This document shows, piece after piece, positions 8,934 to 16,442 of a stretch of 64,000 nucleotides of DNA. Made by a program: the position numbers and the translations under genes. The notes beneath the pieces are model-generated. The model had not been told where the DNA came from, ran no database searches, and was given only the letters and a program-made list of their open reading frames with translations. Each line of letters starts with the position of its first letter. Position 1 is the stretch's first letter. The stretch is from Candidatus Nealsonbacteria bacterium (GTDB lineage Bacteria > Patescibacteriota > Minisyncoccia > Minisyncoccales > JAGGXC01). Where the stretch lies: contig JAPLXH010000006.1 of assembly GCA_026396195.1 (NCBI GenBank), forward strand, positions 77,784 through 141,783, in the 5' to 3' direction.

Positions 8934-9163
8934 AAATTTTTTATTAATTCGACAAGTTTAAGATAAATACTGAGCTGGCTGAGGCATAAAAAAACAACTC
9001 TTAACCGCAATGAGTTGCAAATAGTATTATTGATTATTTTTCAGGGAAAACGAAGTAGCTATTTGTGGGTCCTGGCTCTCAGCTTCTATTTTCATATTAC
9101 GCTTGTTCTTCAGAAAAATCAAGCTGTTTGCCGGCTGATTAAATTAATCTAAGCAAGGTTCGT

Positions 9164-11173
9164 TCACTGAACAATAATCTCTTCTCCTGATTCAGGACTG
9201 CAAGATTTAATCATAATTATTCCGCCAGGACTCTTCTTTATCGCATAATATGTCCTTTCCGGACTGCCCATGACAGGATCATAAGGTATAAAAGATATAT
9301 AATCAGGCACCAAAGAAGAGGTCAAATCTAAACAAGAAACAGCATTTGTTTCAACTAATTTTTGAAAATCAAATTCATAAAGCTGCCAGTAAAAACCTTC
9401 ATTGGCAAGGGTGGCATAAAATCTAATTCGGGCCTGGCTGACCACGCCTTCGCTAAAACTCTCTTCTGTCCACTGCTTATCATTAAATGCGCCTTCAAAA
9501 ACATGTACCCATATACCATCCTTGAAAACATCGACATCAACAGAACTGACTTGGCTGCCCCCGCGGGCAGAAAAACGAAGCTTATTGGAGACCATCGCAA
9601 GATGAGTAAAATAAATAAAAGAGCTCCACTGCGGGTCGCCAATATTGTGATAACTCCTGGCATAAGTAATGGTGTAGCCATCAAAAGCATAGGTTTCATC
9701 TCCCCATTTATTATCCGGGTCGGCATATCCGGTTGGCAAAACCCAGCCAGTTGATGCCGGAGCGGTAGTAAATGCTTTATCACCGCAATCAACAGTACCT
9801 GCGCTATTCTTGACTTGGGCCTGAAAGTGATATTCAGAACTGTTATCAAGGCTAAATATAGATTCATTGAAACCATCGCCGGTTATTTTGCCGCTCTTCC
9901 AATCTGTATTATTGCCATAAACTATTGTTTTTCCGTATTGAAATCTATATTGACAAGGTTCTCCGCCATCGTTTATCACAAGGCCAAGCAAATTAGCCGT
10001 ATTCTCTTCAACTGAAATAGCATCTTGAGTGGCGCAAGCAGGAGGATTAATTGTTAATGATGTTTCATAAAACTGAAATTCGTAAAGCCAGTAATAAAAG
10101 CCTCCGCGTTTATAATTATACCTGAATCTTGCCTTTGTCACTGTTGCGCTTTTCGCAAAAGATAATTCAACCCACTTGCAGTTCCAATCATTTTCGTTCC
10201 CGCCCTGAAAAACATGTACCCATGTTCCACCTTCAAAAACATCGACGTCAACTTCTGTTATATCTGAATCCATATAATCAGCGTTTATCCGGACACGGTC
10301 AGAAACTATAGGCCCCGGCAAGGTAACCACTATGAATTGGCCCCATCCCGATGAACCATAATTATTTGAGGCGTAGGTGCCTATATCGCCATCGTAAACA
10401 TTGGGTTCATTGCTCCACTGGCTTCCGGGGTCTTCGTAGCCGGTTGGCAAAACCCAGCCGGATGGCGGGTCAATCCAATTTATTTCTTTTTTAGAGAATA
10501 AATTAAGAACATTTGCCGCAATTATTGTCGTAACATATCCCTTTCTTTCCGTATCACGAACTTTCCACTCGGCTTCCCAAGTTCCCTGATAACTGTTCCC
10601 TTCTTTTAATTCCAATTCAATCTTCTCGATTCCGCCCATGTCAGCAATAACAGAATTTATGCCATAGTTATCCTTTATTTCGGTTTTTACCAGCATAATA
10701 TCTCCGGGCACAACCTTAACCGGTTCAACTGAAGCAGAAATTATATTTGGAACTTCCGATTGATTGTCAAAGTTTTGCGCTATCTGGGCGGCATAAACAG
10801 TTGATTCTTTTTTAGAAAAATACCGGCCTATTTTGCCGATATTCCTGTTTTTTTCTTGGTCATTATTTATTTTGCTGATTTTTGTACCGCAAATAACATC
10901 ACAGCCCGAAGTAGCTGTCCCTATCATTCTCAGGGTAGTATCAACTTCCGGAAGGCCGGCTCCTTTATGGTCGGTAGCGTACTGATTTGTAGCATTCCAA
11001 ATAGTCCTGATGTTCATTCTTCTTTGAACATCATGCGCTTTTTTAAATTGCTTGGCAGGATTTATCGCAATTACCGCCACTGTTGAAAGTAAAACAACAA
11101 TGCCCACGACAATCAAAAGCTCGATAAGAGTAAATGCTTTTTTGAATTTAAATTTAAAAATCAATTTTTCCAT
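9164..11173 (-). CDS. large type IV pilin-like protein (prepilin N-terminal methylation motif) with tandem lectin-like modules
   Basis: The leader MEKLIFKFKFKKA is followed by FTLIELLIVVGIVVLLSTVAV, a class III signal peptide with Glu+5. Two ~130-aa repeats (aa 238-370 and 475-605) flank an Fn3-like segment. Confidence 0.8.
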   Translation of the reverse strand: MEKLIFKFKFKKAFTLIELLIVVGIVVLLSTVAVIAINPAKQFKKAHDVQRRMNIRTIWNATNQYATDHKGAGLPEVDTTLRMIGTATSGCDVICGTKISKINNDQEKNRNIGKIGRYFSKKESTVYAAQIAQNFDNQSEVPNIISASVEPVKVVPGDIMLVKTEIKDNYGINSVIADMGGIEKIELELKEGNSYQGTWEAEWKVRDTERKGYVTTIIAANVLNLFSKKEINWIDPPSGWVLPTGYEDPGSQWSNEPNVYDGDIGTYASNNYGSSGWGQFIVVTLPGPIVSDRVRINADYMDSDITEVDVDVFEGGTWVHVFQGGNENDWNCKWVELSFAKSATVTKARFRYNYKRGGFYYWLYEFQFYETSLTINPPACATQDAISVEENTANLLGLVINDGGEPCQYRFQYGKTIVYGNNTDWKSGKITGDGFNESIFSLDNSSEYHFQAQVKNSAGTVDCGDKAFTTAPASTGWVLPTGYADPDNKWGDETYAFDGYTITYARSYHNIGDPQWSSFIYFTHLAMVSNKLRFSARGGSQVSSVDVDVFKDGIWVHVFEGAFNDKQWTEESFSEGVVSQARIRFYATLANEGFYWQLYEFDFQKLVETNAVSCLDLTSSLVPDYISFIPYDPVMGSPERTYYAIKKSPGGIIMIKSCSPESGEEIIVQ

Positions 11174-11252
11174 TTTATTGTCCCGCTGACTTCTTAAAAT
11201 CTGCTCGCGCTCCCTAAAAGAAACGGTTTATTACAAAAAAATAATCAAATTA

Positions 11253-11915
11253 TTAATTAAACAATTTTACCAACCAACCGAATAAGCTGAATTTGCCTTC
11301 CTGGGCTTTTATAAAACTTTCGATTCTTGTTTGTTCCTGCTCTAATACTTGGATTTGATTCTGAAACTCTGTTTTATCTCCTTCATTCTGAACATTTACC
11401 ATTAATCTATTTAACTGTTCTAATCTATTTTTAGTTTGAACCGTTTCGCTTCTTAACGCACCGAGGTTTTTGTAATCCGAACCAAAGAAAAATGTTTTTA
11501 CCTTGCTCCTCGCCTGAACTTTTTCCATCGCTTGAATTGTTGTGCTCGCAGATTGGTTCTGCTGTTGGGCAATAACTCTTACCTCCTGTCCTATTCCTTC
11601 TTCTCTATTGGCAACTTGTAAAAGATTCTGGACAAAATTTGCTACTGCGCTACGATGTTGCTCGGCATTAATTTGTCCTTGTCCTTGTTGCTGTTGCTGC
11701 TGAACTTGTACTTGATTTTGTTCTTGGTTCTGATTTTGAACCTGTTCGTTGTTTTGCACTTGGATTTGACCGTCTTCGCCATGATCAGATGTTTGCGTCT
11801 GTTGCTGAACTTGATTGCCAGTTCCAGTGTTGTTAATTTGACTTACTGAGTATGCATTAACCGTAAAAACAAAAGTGAACGCAAAGACGCTTGCTGTTAA
11901 AATTTTGTTTTTCAT
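11253..11915 (-). CDS. secreted Gln-rich coiled-coil protein
   Basis: Signal peptide MKNKILTASVFAFTFVFTVNA, a poly-Q/N tract, and a GSDYKNLGALRSE motif. Function unknown. Confidence 0.6.
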   Translation of the reverse strand: MKNKILTASVFAFTFVFTVNAYSVSQINNTGTGNQVQQQTQTSDHGEDGQIQVQNNEQVQNQNQEQNQVQVQQQQQQGQGQINAEQHRSAVANFVQNLLQVANREEGIGQEVRVIAQQQNQSASTTIQAMEKVQARSKVKTFFFGSDYKNLGALRSETVQTKNRLEQLNRLMVNVQNEGDKTEFQNQIQVLEQEQTRIESFIKAQEGKFSLFGWLVKLFN

Positions 11916-12105
11916 TTTTTAAAAATTAATTTAATTATTCTTATGACTTTTATATTATTCTACCACTTCGATGAGCTAAACTTAAGTCCTGAGCCTGTCG
12001 AAGAGCTCAGTGTAAACGCTTCGATAAATTCAGCGCAAGCAAAAAACCGCCTCTTGAAAAAGCGATTTTTTTGATTACGCAATGTTAACCTCGCCAAACC
12101 AATTA

Positions 12106-12303
12106 TTAAATACGGGTGACGTTTGTTGCGTTGGGTCCTTTTGGAGAATCAGCTTTTTCAAAAGACACTTTGTCTCCCACTTTTAATTCTTCGTAACTCA
12201 CGTCTTTTAGTTCATTCTTGTGAAAAAACAAATCTTTTTCTTCGCCTTCAACGGTAATGAATCCAAATCCCTTATCTGTAAGATTTTTAATTGTTCCTTC
12301 CAT
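12106..12303 (-). CDS. cold-shock domain protein (CspA family)
   Basis: 65 aa with RNP1-like KGFGFI and RNP2-like LFFH. Confidence 0.9.
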   Translation of the reverse strand: MEGTIKNLTDKGFGFITVEGEEKDLFFHKNELKDVSYEELKVGDKVSFEKADSPKGPNATNVTRI

Positions 12304-12644
12304 AATTATGGTAATATAAATTAATTTAATTAATGTTTTAAGGTTTACCCCGTTAAATAGCTGTAAATTAAATTTAACAGGGTGAATCCTAAAGTTTAGT
12401 TCCCCGAAAAAACTCGACCAAATTTTCGTTAGGCAACTATCTTATGTGAATAATATTAACATCTAAAAATCAACTAATCAACCCCGTTAGAGATTATTTT
12501 TTTATTTATTTTCAATTAACTTTTAATTTGGGAAGTATCTTTAATTTTTTATACCCTGTAATCTCTAAGGGGATGTCAATCTGTGGAAATTAAGATTTGA
12601 TATTTTACTCTACCCCGCTAATCTATTAAAGCGAAACCAGAATA

Positions 12645-13025
12645 TCACTCCGCTGCCCCCAACCTTTTTTTAACTTTTTCCACTATGTCGTTTAAGTTCC
12701 AGTTGGACTTAACCAAATAGTCAGATTTGCTTATCTCTAATGCGTCACTGATGTGCTTGATGTCGTCTAAATTAGTTAAGAATATAATCGGCACATTACT
12801 TCCGGCTTCTTTCAGTTTTTGGGCCATAGCAATGCCGTCAACTTTAGGCATTACAATGTCTAAAAGAATCAGGTCGGGTTTTTCTTTTTCTGCTGCGGTT
12901 AAGCCGTCTTCACCGTCTAAGGCGGTAACCACTGAAAATCCCTCGCTCGTAAATTTTTCTCGAAGGGCTGAAAGAAGGGCTTCTTCGTCTTCGACAATTA
13001 AAATTTTTTTATTTATTTTGGCCAT
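12645..13025 (-). CDS. single-domain response regulator (CheY-like receiver)
   Basis: KILIVEDEE...PDLILLDIVMPKVDG...K. There is no output domain. Confidence 0.85.
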   Translation of the reverse strand: MAKINKKILIVEDEEALLSALREKFTSEGFSVVTALDGEDGLTAAEKEKPDLILLDIVMPKVDGIAMAQKLKEAGSNVPIIFLTNLDDIKHISDALEISKSDYLVKSNWNLNDIVEKVKKRLGAAE

Positions 13026-13049
13026 AATAAATTATTAATAATTTTTTAA

Positions 13050-13778
13050 CTACTTAATGGGCAAGGCAATCCAAAAAGTTGTTCCCTCGCCCTCTTTGCT
13101 TTTAAACCAAATTTTACCAGATAAGGCATCGACCATTGCCTTAGTAATATAAAGTTCCAAGCCGGTTCCCCCTGGATGTCCCCTAACTGCATTATCCCCT
13201 CTGAATAATTTTTGGAAAATCTTATTTTGTTGTTTTTCGGGAATTCCGATCCCTGTATCTTTAATTGCGGTAATAATCTCTTTATCTTTTTTCTCCACAG
13301 TACAAGTAATATTGCCTCCAGGGTGCGTGTACTCAACGGCATTGCCAAAAATATTTTGAAAAATCATCCGAACTGATTCAGGGTCAGTAAAAATTTTTAA
13401 CAACCCCTTCGGTATTTCAACAACAACCTCATGCTTTTTTCTTTGAATAAAAGGCGCTTGCTCTTTAACAACCTCTCGAAGTATTTCTCCAATATCAGTC
13501 GGTTTGGAGTTAACGGTCAAAATGCCCATTTCAATTCGGGAAACGTTTAATAAATTACTCACCAGGCCAATCATTCTTTCGTTCCCGCGATAAACTTCTT
13601 CGACATATTTTTTTTGTTTTTGGGTTAACTCCTCGGCACCCTCCCCTAAAAGCATCTCTGAATACCATTTTATAGAAGTAAGAGGAGTACGCAGCTGATG
13701 AGAAGCCAAAGAAACAAGTTCGCTCTTCATTTCACTAATCTTCTTTTCTTTTTCTATTTCTACTTTGTATTGCCTCAT
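13050..13778 (-). CDS. histidine kinase core (HisKA + HATPase_c), no sensor or TM region
   Basis: H-box SLASHQLRTPLTSI, N-box and G-boxes (DTGIGIP, GGTGLELYI). The start ATG overlaps the upstream stop as ATGA. Confidence 0.85.
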   Translation of the reverse strand: MRQYKVEIEKEKKISEMKSELVSLASHQLRTPLTSIKWYSEMLLGEGAEELTQKQKKYVEEVYRGNERMIGLVSNLLNVSRIEMGILTVNSKPTDIGEILREVVKEQAPFIQRKKHEVVVEIPKGLLKIFTDPESVRMIFQNIFGNAVEYTHPGGNITCTVEKKDKEIITAIKDTGIGIPEKQQNKIFQKLFRGDNAVRGHPGGTGLELYITKAMVDALSGKIWFKSKEGEGTTFWIALPIK

Positions 13779-14323
13779 TGTTTTTTTGCAAGAGTTGCTT
13801 TTTTTTGCGACCTCCTCAGACTAGTAATGTCTTCTATAACAAGAAGAATCATTGGGTTAATAATATTTTTAAAGATCCCCATTTTTTCATAAATTTGACG
13901 GCCATTGAGCAACATTATTTTTTTCCCAATTTTTGGAAATTTATGTTCAACATAAAAATTTCTGAAATAAGTTTTCTTTGGTAAAATTTTCTCTAAAAGC
14001 TTCCTTAATTTAGGGATATTCCATTGACCCTTTCCTAAATTATAAATAAGCTTATTTTCCGTATTTTTTCGTGAAACTTTGAATACTCGGTAGAAAAATT
14101 TATTTGCCGCGATTACCCGCAATTCAGAGTCAAGAATTAAAAAGGGGGTCGGCGCCGTATCCACAATAGTTTTGACAAAAGCCCAAGCGGTCTCCTCTAA
14201 TCGCTTTACCGTCCCTTTCTTAAACAATTGCTTAGTTTCTTTTTTTGCACATTTTTTATCTTTCATAATTAAAATAATAGTTTTTATTACAAAATAAAAA
14301 TCCCTATTGCCGACCTTAAACAA
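13775..14323 (-). CDS. PAS-domain protein (sensor module adjacent to the kinase core)
   Basis: PAS-like fold: VDTAPTPFLILDSELRVIAANKFFYRVF...GQWNIPKLRKLLEKIL...LLVIEDITSLRR. The more likely start is the internal Met at 14266 (MKDKKCAKK). Confidence 0.65.
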   Translation of the reverse strand: MFKVGNRDFYFVIKTIILIMKDKKCAKKETKQLFKKGTVKRLEETAWAFVKTIVDTAPTPFLILDSELRVIAANKFFYRVFKVSRKNTENKLIYNLGKGQWNIPKLRKLLEKILPKKTYFRNFYVEHKFPKIGKKIMLLNGRQIYEKMGIFKNIINPMILLVIEDITSLRRSQKKATLAKKQ

Positions 14324-14561
14324 TAGGGTATTTTCTTAAATTCAAAAATTTTTGAAAGTCCCTTGACTCTCTCTTTTAATGCTTTTTTTCGAATGGCATC
14401 CTCCTTTGCCATAACTATTTTGATTATATCAAAATTTGACGAAAAAAGTATAAAAGTTTAATGTTTACATTATATATTATACTACATCTTTGATAAAACG
14501 ACAATGTAAGGTTTTACACAAGTAGAGCAATTTAATAATCTACTTGTAGTGGTCAAACAAA

Positions 14562-15107
14562 TTAACCTTTAATTGTTTGCCCAAATTTTTTCTGATACCA
14601 CCACCAAGGCAATTTAAATCTACAAGGAAGATTATTAAAATATTTCGTTCTTAATGTCAAAAATTGCCATTTATGCTCTCGAAAAGCCCCTAAGCTGGCG
14701 AGGTCCCAGATTGGCGGCACAAGCAAAAAAACATTCTCAGAAATTCTCTTTAACTCTTTATAAAACTTATCCGGGTCATCTACGTGTTCCATCGCATGGG
14801 AACATATTGTATTTTTAAACTCTTTGTCTTTAAACGGCAGTTTATAGATATTTTTTATCAGAATAAAATTTGTTACATTTCTTTTAACAATATCTGCGTT
14901 AACACCTCCCCCGTCTGTGCTTCCGCAACAAACATTAAGGTCCCATTTTTGTTTCTTAAAATAATAATTCTTTAGGATTATATAACTAAAAACATTGGCT
15001 AGCACTATATAAACAAGTAATGGCCAATATATTAGCCCGATTATGATTAAAATAATAAACTCTGAAACTCCCGGAAGATGTTTTTTTATTATTTCCTTTC
15101 TTATCAT
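14562..15107 (-). CDS. class I SAM-dependent methyltransferase domain protein with N-terminal TM segment
   Basis: Motif I-like DLNVCCGSTDGGG and the Methyltransf_11-like stretch LPFKDKEFKNTICSHAMEHVDDPDKFYKELKRI. Confidence 0.6.
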   Translation of the reverse strand: MIRKEIIKKHLPGVSEFIILIIIGLIYWPLLVYIVLANVFSYIILKNYYFKKQKWDLNVCCGSTDGGGVNADIVKRNVTNFILIKNIYKLPFKDKEFKNTICSHAMEHVDDPDKFYKELKRISENVFLLVPPIWDLASLGAFREHKWQFLTLRTKYFNNLPCRFKLPWWWYQKKFGQTIKG

Positions 15108-15159
15108 TGTATTTTTAAATTATACTTTGTCCGTCCGAAGTTTCGACGTAAGGGGGATG

Positions 15160-15768
15160 TTAGAACCGAATATGAAAAAAATCAAGAATCATAAAAAAAA
15201 TCACTAAAATATATGGGATAAGTAAAGGAGTAATAAATATAATTGCTAAAATGGTTAAAATAATTTTAATTATCTCTTTTTTATTCCATAAATTATTTAA
15301 TTTATTATCTCGTGAAATTAATTTATTTATTATAAATAAGGGTATTCCTAAAATAACTAATAAAAAAAGGAAGGTTGGAACGAAAATAACGATTGGAAGT
15401 ATCATAAATTCAAAAGGATCATAACCTTTTTCTAATTGACTGAAATATTGAAAAATAGAATTACTTAAACCAATGATGAAAGAAATAATTATCCAAATTT
15501 TTATTACTTTTTTGCTATTCATATTCTTTATTCTATCGTAAAAATATCCCCACGAGATTAATTTATTTATTATAAATATGAGTATTCCTAGAATAATTAA
15601 GAAAAAAACAAAAATCGGAACGAAAACAACAATTGGAACTATTATAAAATTAACAGGATTATGAGCTTTTTCTACTTCACTAAGATCTTGAAAAATAGGA
15701 AAAATAGAATCAACTAAACTAATAATCAAAGAAGTAATTATCCAAATTTTTATTATTTTTTTGTTCAT
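15160..15768 (-). CDS. polytopic membrane protein made of two tandem ~85-aa repeats
   Basis: aa 1-82 and 83-170 are clearly homologous: KIWIITSLIISLVDSIFPIF...FIINKLISW versus KIWIIISFIIGLSNSIFQYF...FIINKLISR. The DNA copies are at about 15300-15525 and 15545-15768. Confidence 0.6.
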   Translation of the reverse strand: MNKKIIKIWIITSLIISLVDSIFPIFQDLSEVEKAHNPVNFIIVPIVVFVPIFVFFLIILGILIFIINKLISWGYFYDRIKNMNSKKVIKIWIIISFIIGLSNSIFQYFSQLEKGYDPFEFMILPIVIFVPTFLFLLVILGIPLFIINKLISRDNKLNNLWNKKEIIKIILTILAIIFITPLLIPYILVIFFMILDFFHIRF

Positions 15769-15893
15769 GTTATTTAAATTAGTTAGTTACTTCTTTATTC
15801 TATCAAAAAACCCTGCCTACCGGTAGGCAGGCGCCTTAATGGCGATTTTTTATTGGATAGGCGATGTTAGAACCTGTTTTAAAAAAACGGAAT

Positions 15894-15919
15894 GAAAAAA
15901 AGCGTCAAAAATAGACGCT
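15894..15919 (-). terminator. rho-independent terminator after the 15921 gene
   Basis: Minus strand reads AGCGTC-TATTTTT-GACGCT followed by T7, immediately after the stop codon. Confidence 0.6.
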
Positions 15920-15920
15920 T

Positions 15921-16262
15921 CTACAAAATTACACTAATTAGTTGTTCATCAACTGTCTTCGCTATTTCTCTGTAAGCCTTACGTAGAGTGAATTCACTGA
16001 TCTCAAATTCTGAACATATCTCTCTCTGAGTTCTACGACAACCCTCTAAGATAAGCACAATATACAGAGAACCGGCTAGAAGAGATAAAGGTTTTCCTTG
16101 CATTTCTTTGCCTTTAAGATTTTTTAAAATCAATTCGGTTTTTTCATTGACTTTTTTATTAGATTCTTCCGAGCCTCTTATTATTTTTTTTATCAATGAT
16201 CTTTTCTTTCTTAAAAGCTTTAAAGCTTTTTCTGCATAGATATCTCTATGTTCATTTTTCAT
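15921..16262 (-). CDS. small protein with a single TFIIB/TFB cyclin-repeat-like helix-turn-helix domain
   Basis: GKPLSLLAGSLYIVLILEGCRRTQREICSEFEISEFTLRKAYREI follows the TFIIB-repeat pattern G-R/K-x-P-x-S-x-x-A-A-x-x-Y-...-R-T-Q-x-E-I-...-V/I-S-E-x-T-I/L-R-x-x-Y-K/R-E-L/I. There is no zinc ribbon. Confidence 0.5.
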   Translation of the reverse strand: MKNEHRDIYAEKALKLLRKKRSLIKKIIRGSEESNKKVNEKTELILKNLKGKEMQGKPLSLLAGSLYIVLILEGCRRTQREICSEFEISEFTLRKAYREIAKTVDEQLISVIL

Positions 16263-16311
16263 TTTTTACCTCCGACAAAATTCTACATTTAATTAATTAA
16301 TTTGTCAAACC

Positions 16312-16342
16312 AAAAAACCGCCTCAACAAAAAGGTGGTTTTT
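16312..16342 (-). terminator. terminator-like hairpin downstream of the intron-containing tRNA
   Basis: Minus strand reads AACCACC-N10-GGCGGTT followed by TTTTTT. Confidence 0.5.
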
Positions 16343-16442
16343 AGTGGCTTGCCCTGAGCGAGTCTTCGGCTTGGCTCAGACCAAGACGAAGCGAGTCGAA
16401 TGGGCTCCGCGGGTAGGATTCGAACCTACAACCTAGTGCTTA

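Noticed and set aside
9355-10311. Track ORFs inside or antisense to the pilin gene (9355-9876, 9362-9754, 9815-10015, 10129-10311)
   Set aside because: They are embedded in a long ORF with strong internal-repeat and pilin evidence, and none has a motif of its own.
8407-12024. Exact 11-mer CTTCGATAAAT shared by the spacers at about 8407 and about 12014, considered as evidence of a repeat family
   Set aside because: In 64 kb on both strands, hundreds of 11-mer coincidences are expected by chance. Only the composite arrangement of motifs is reported, and at low interest.
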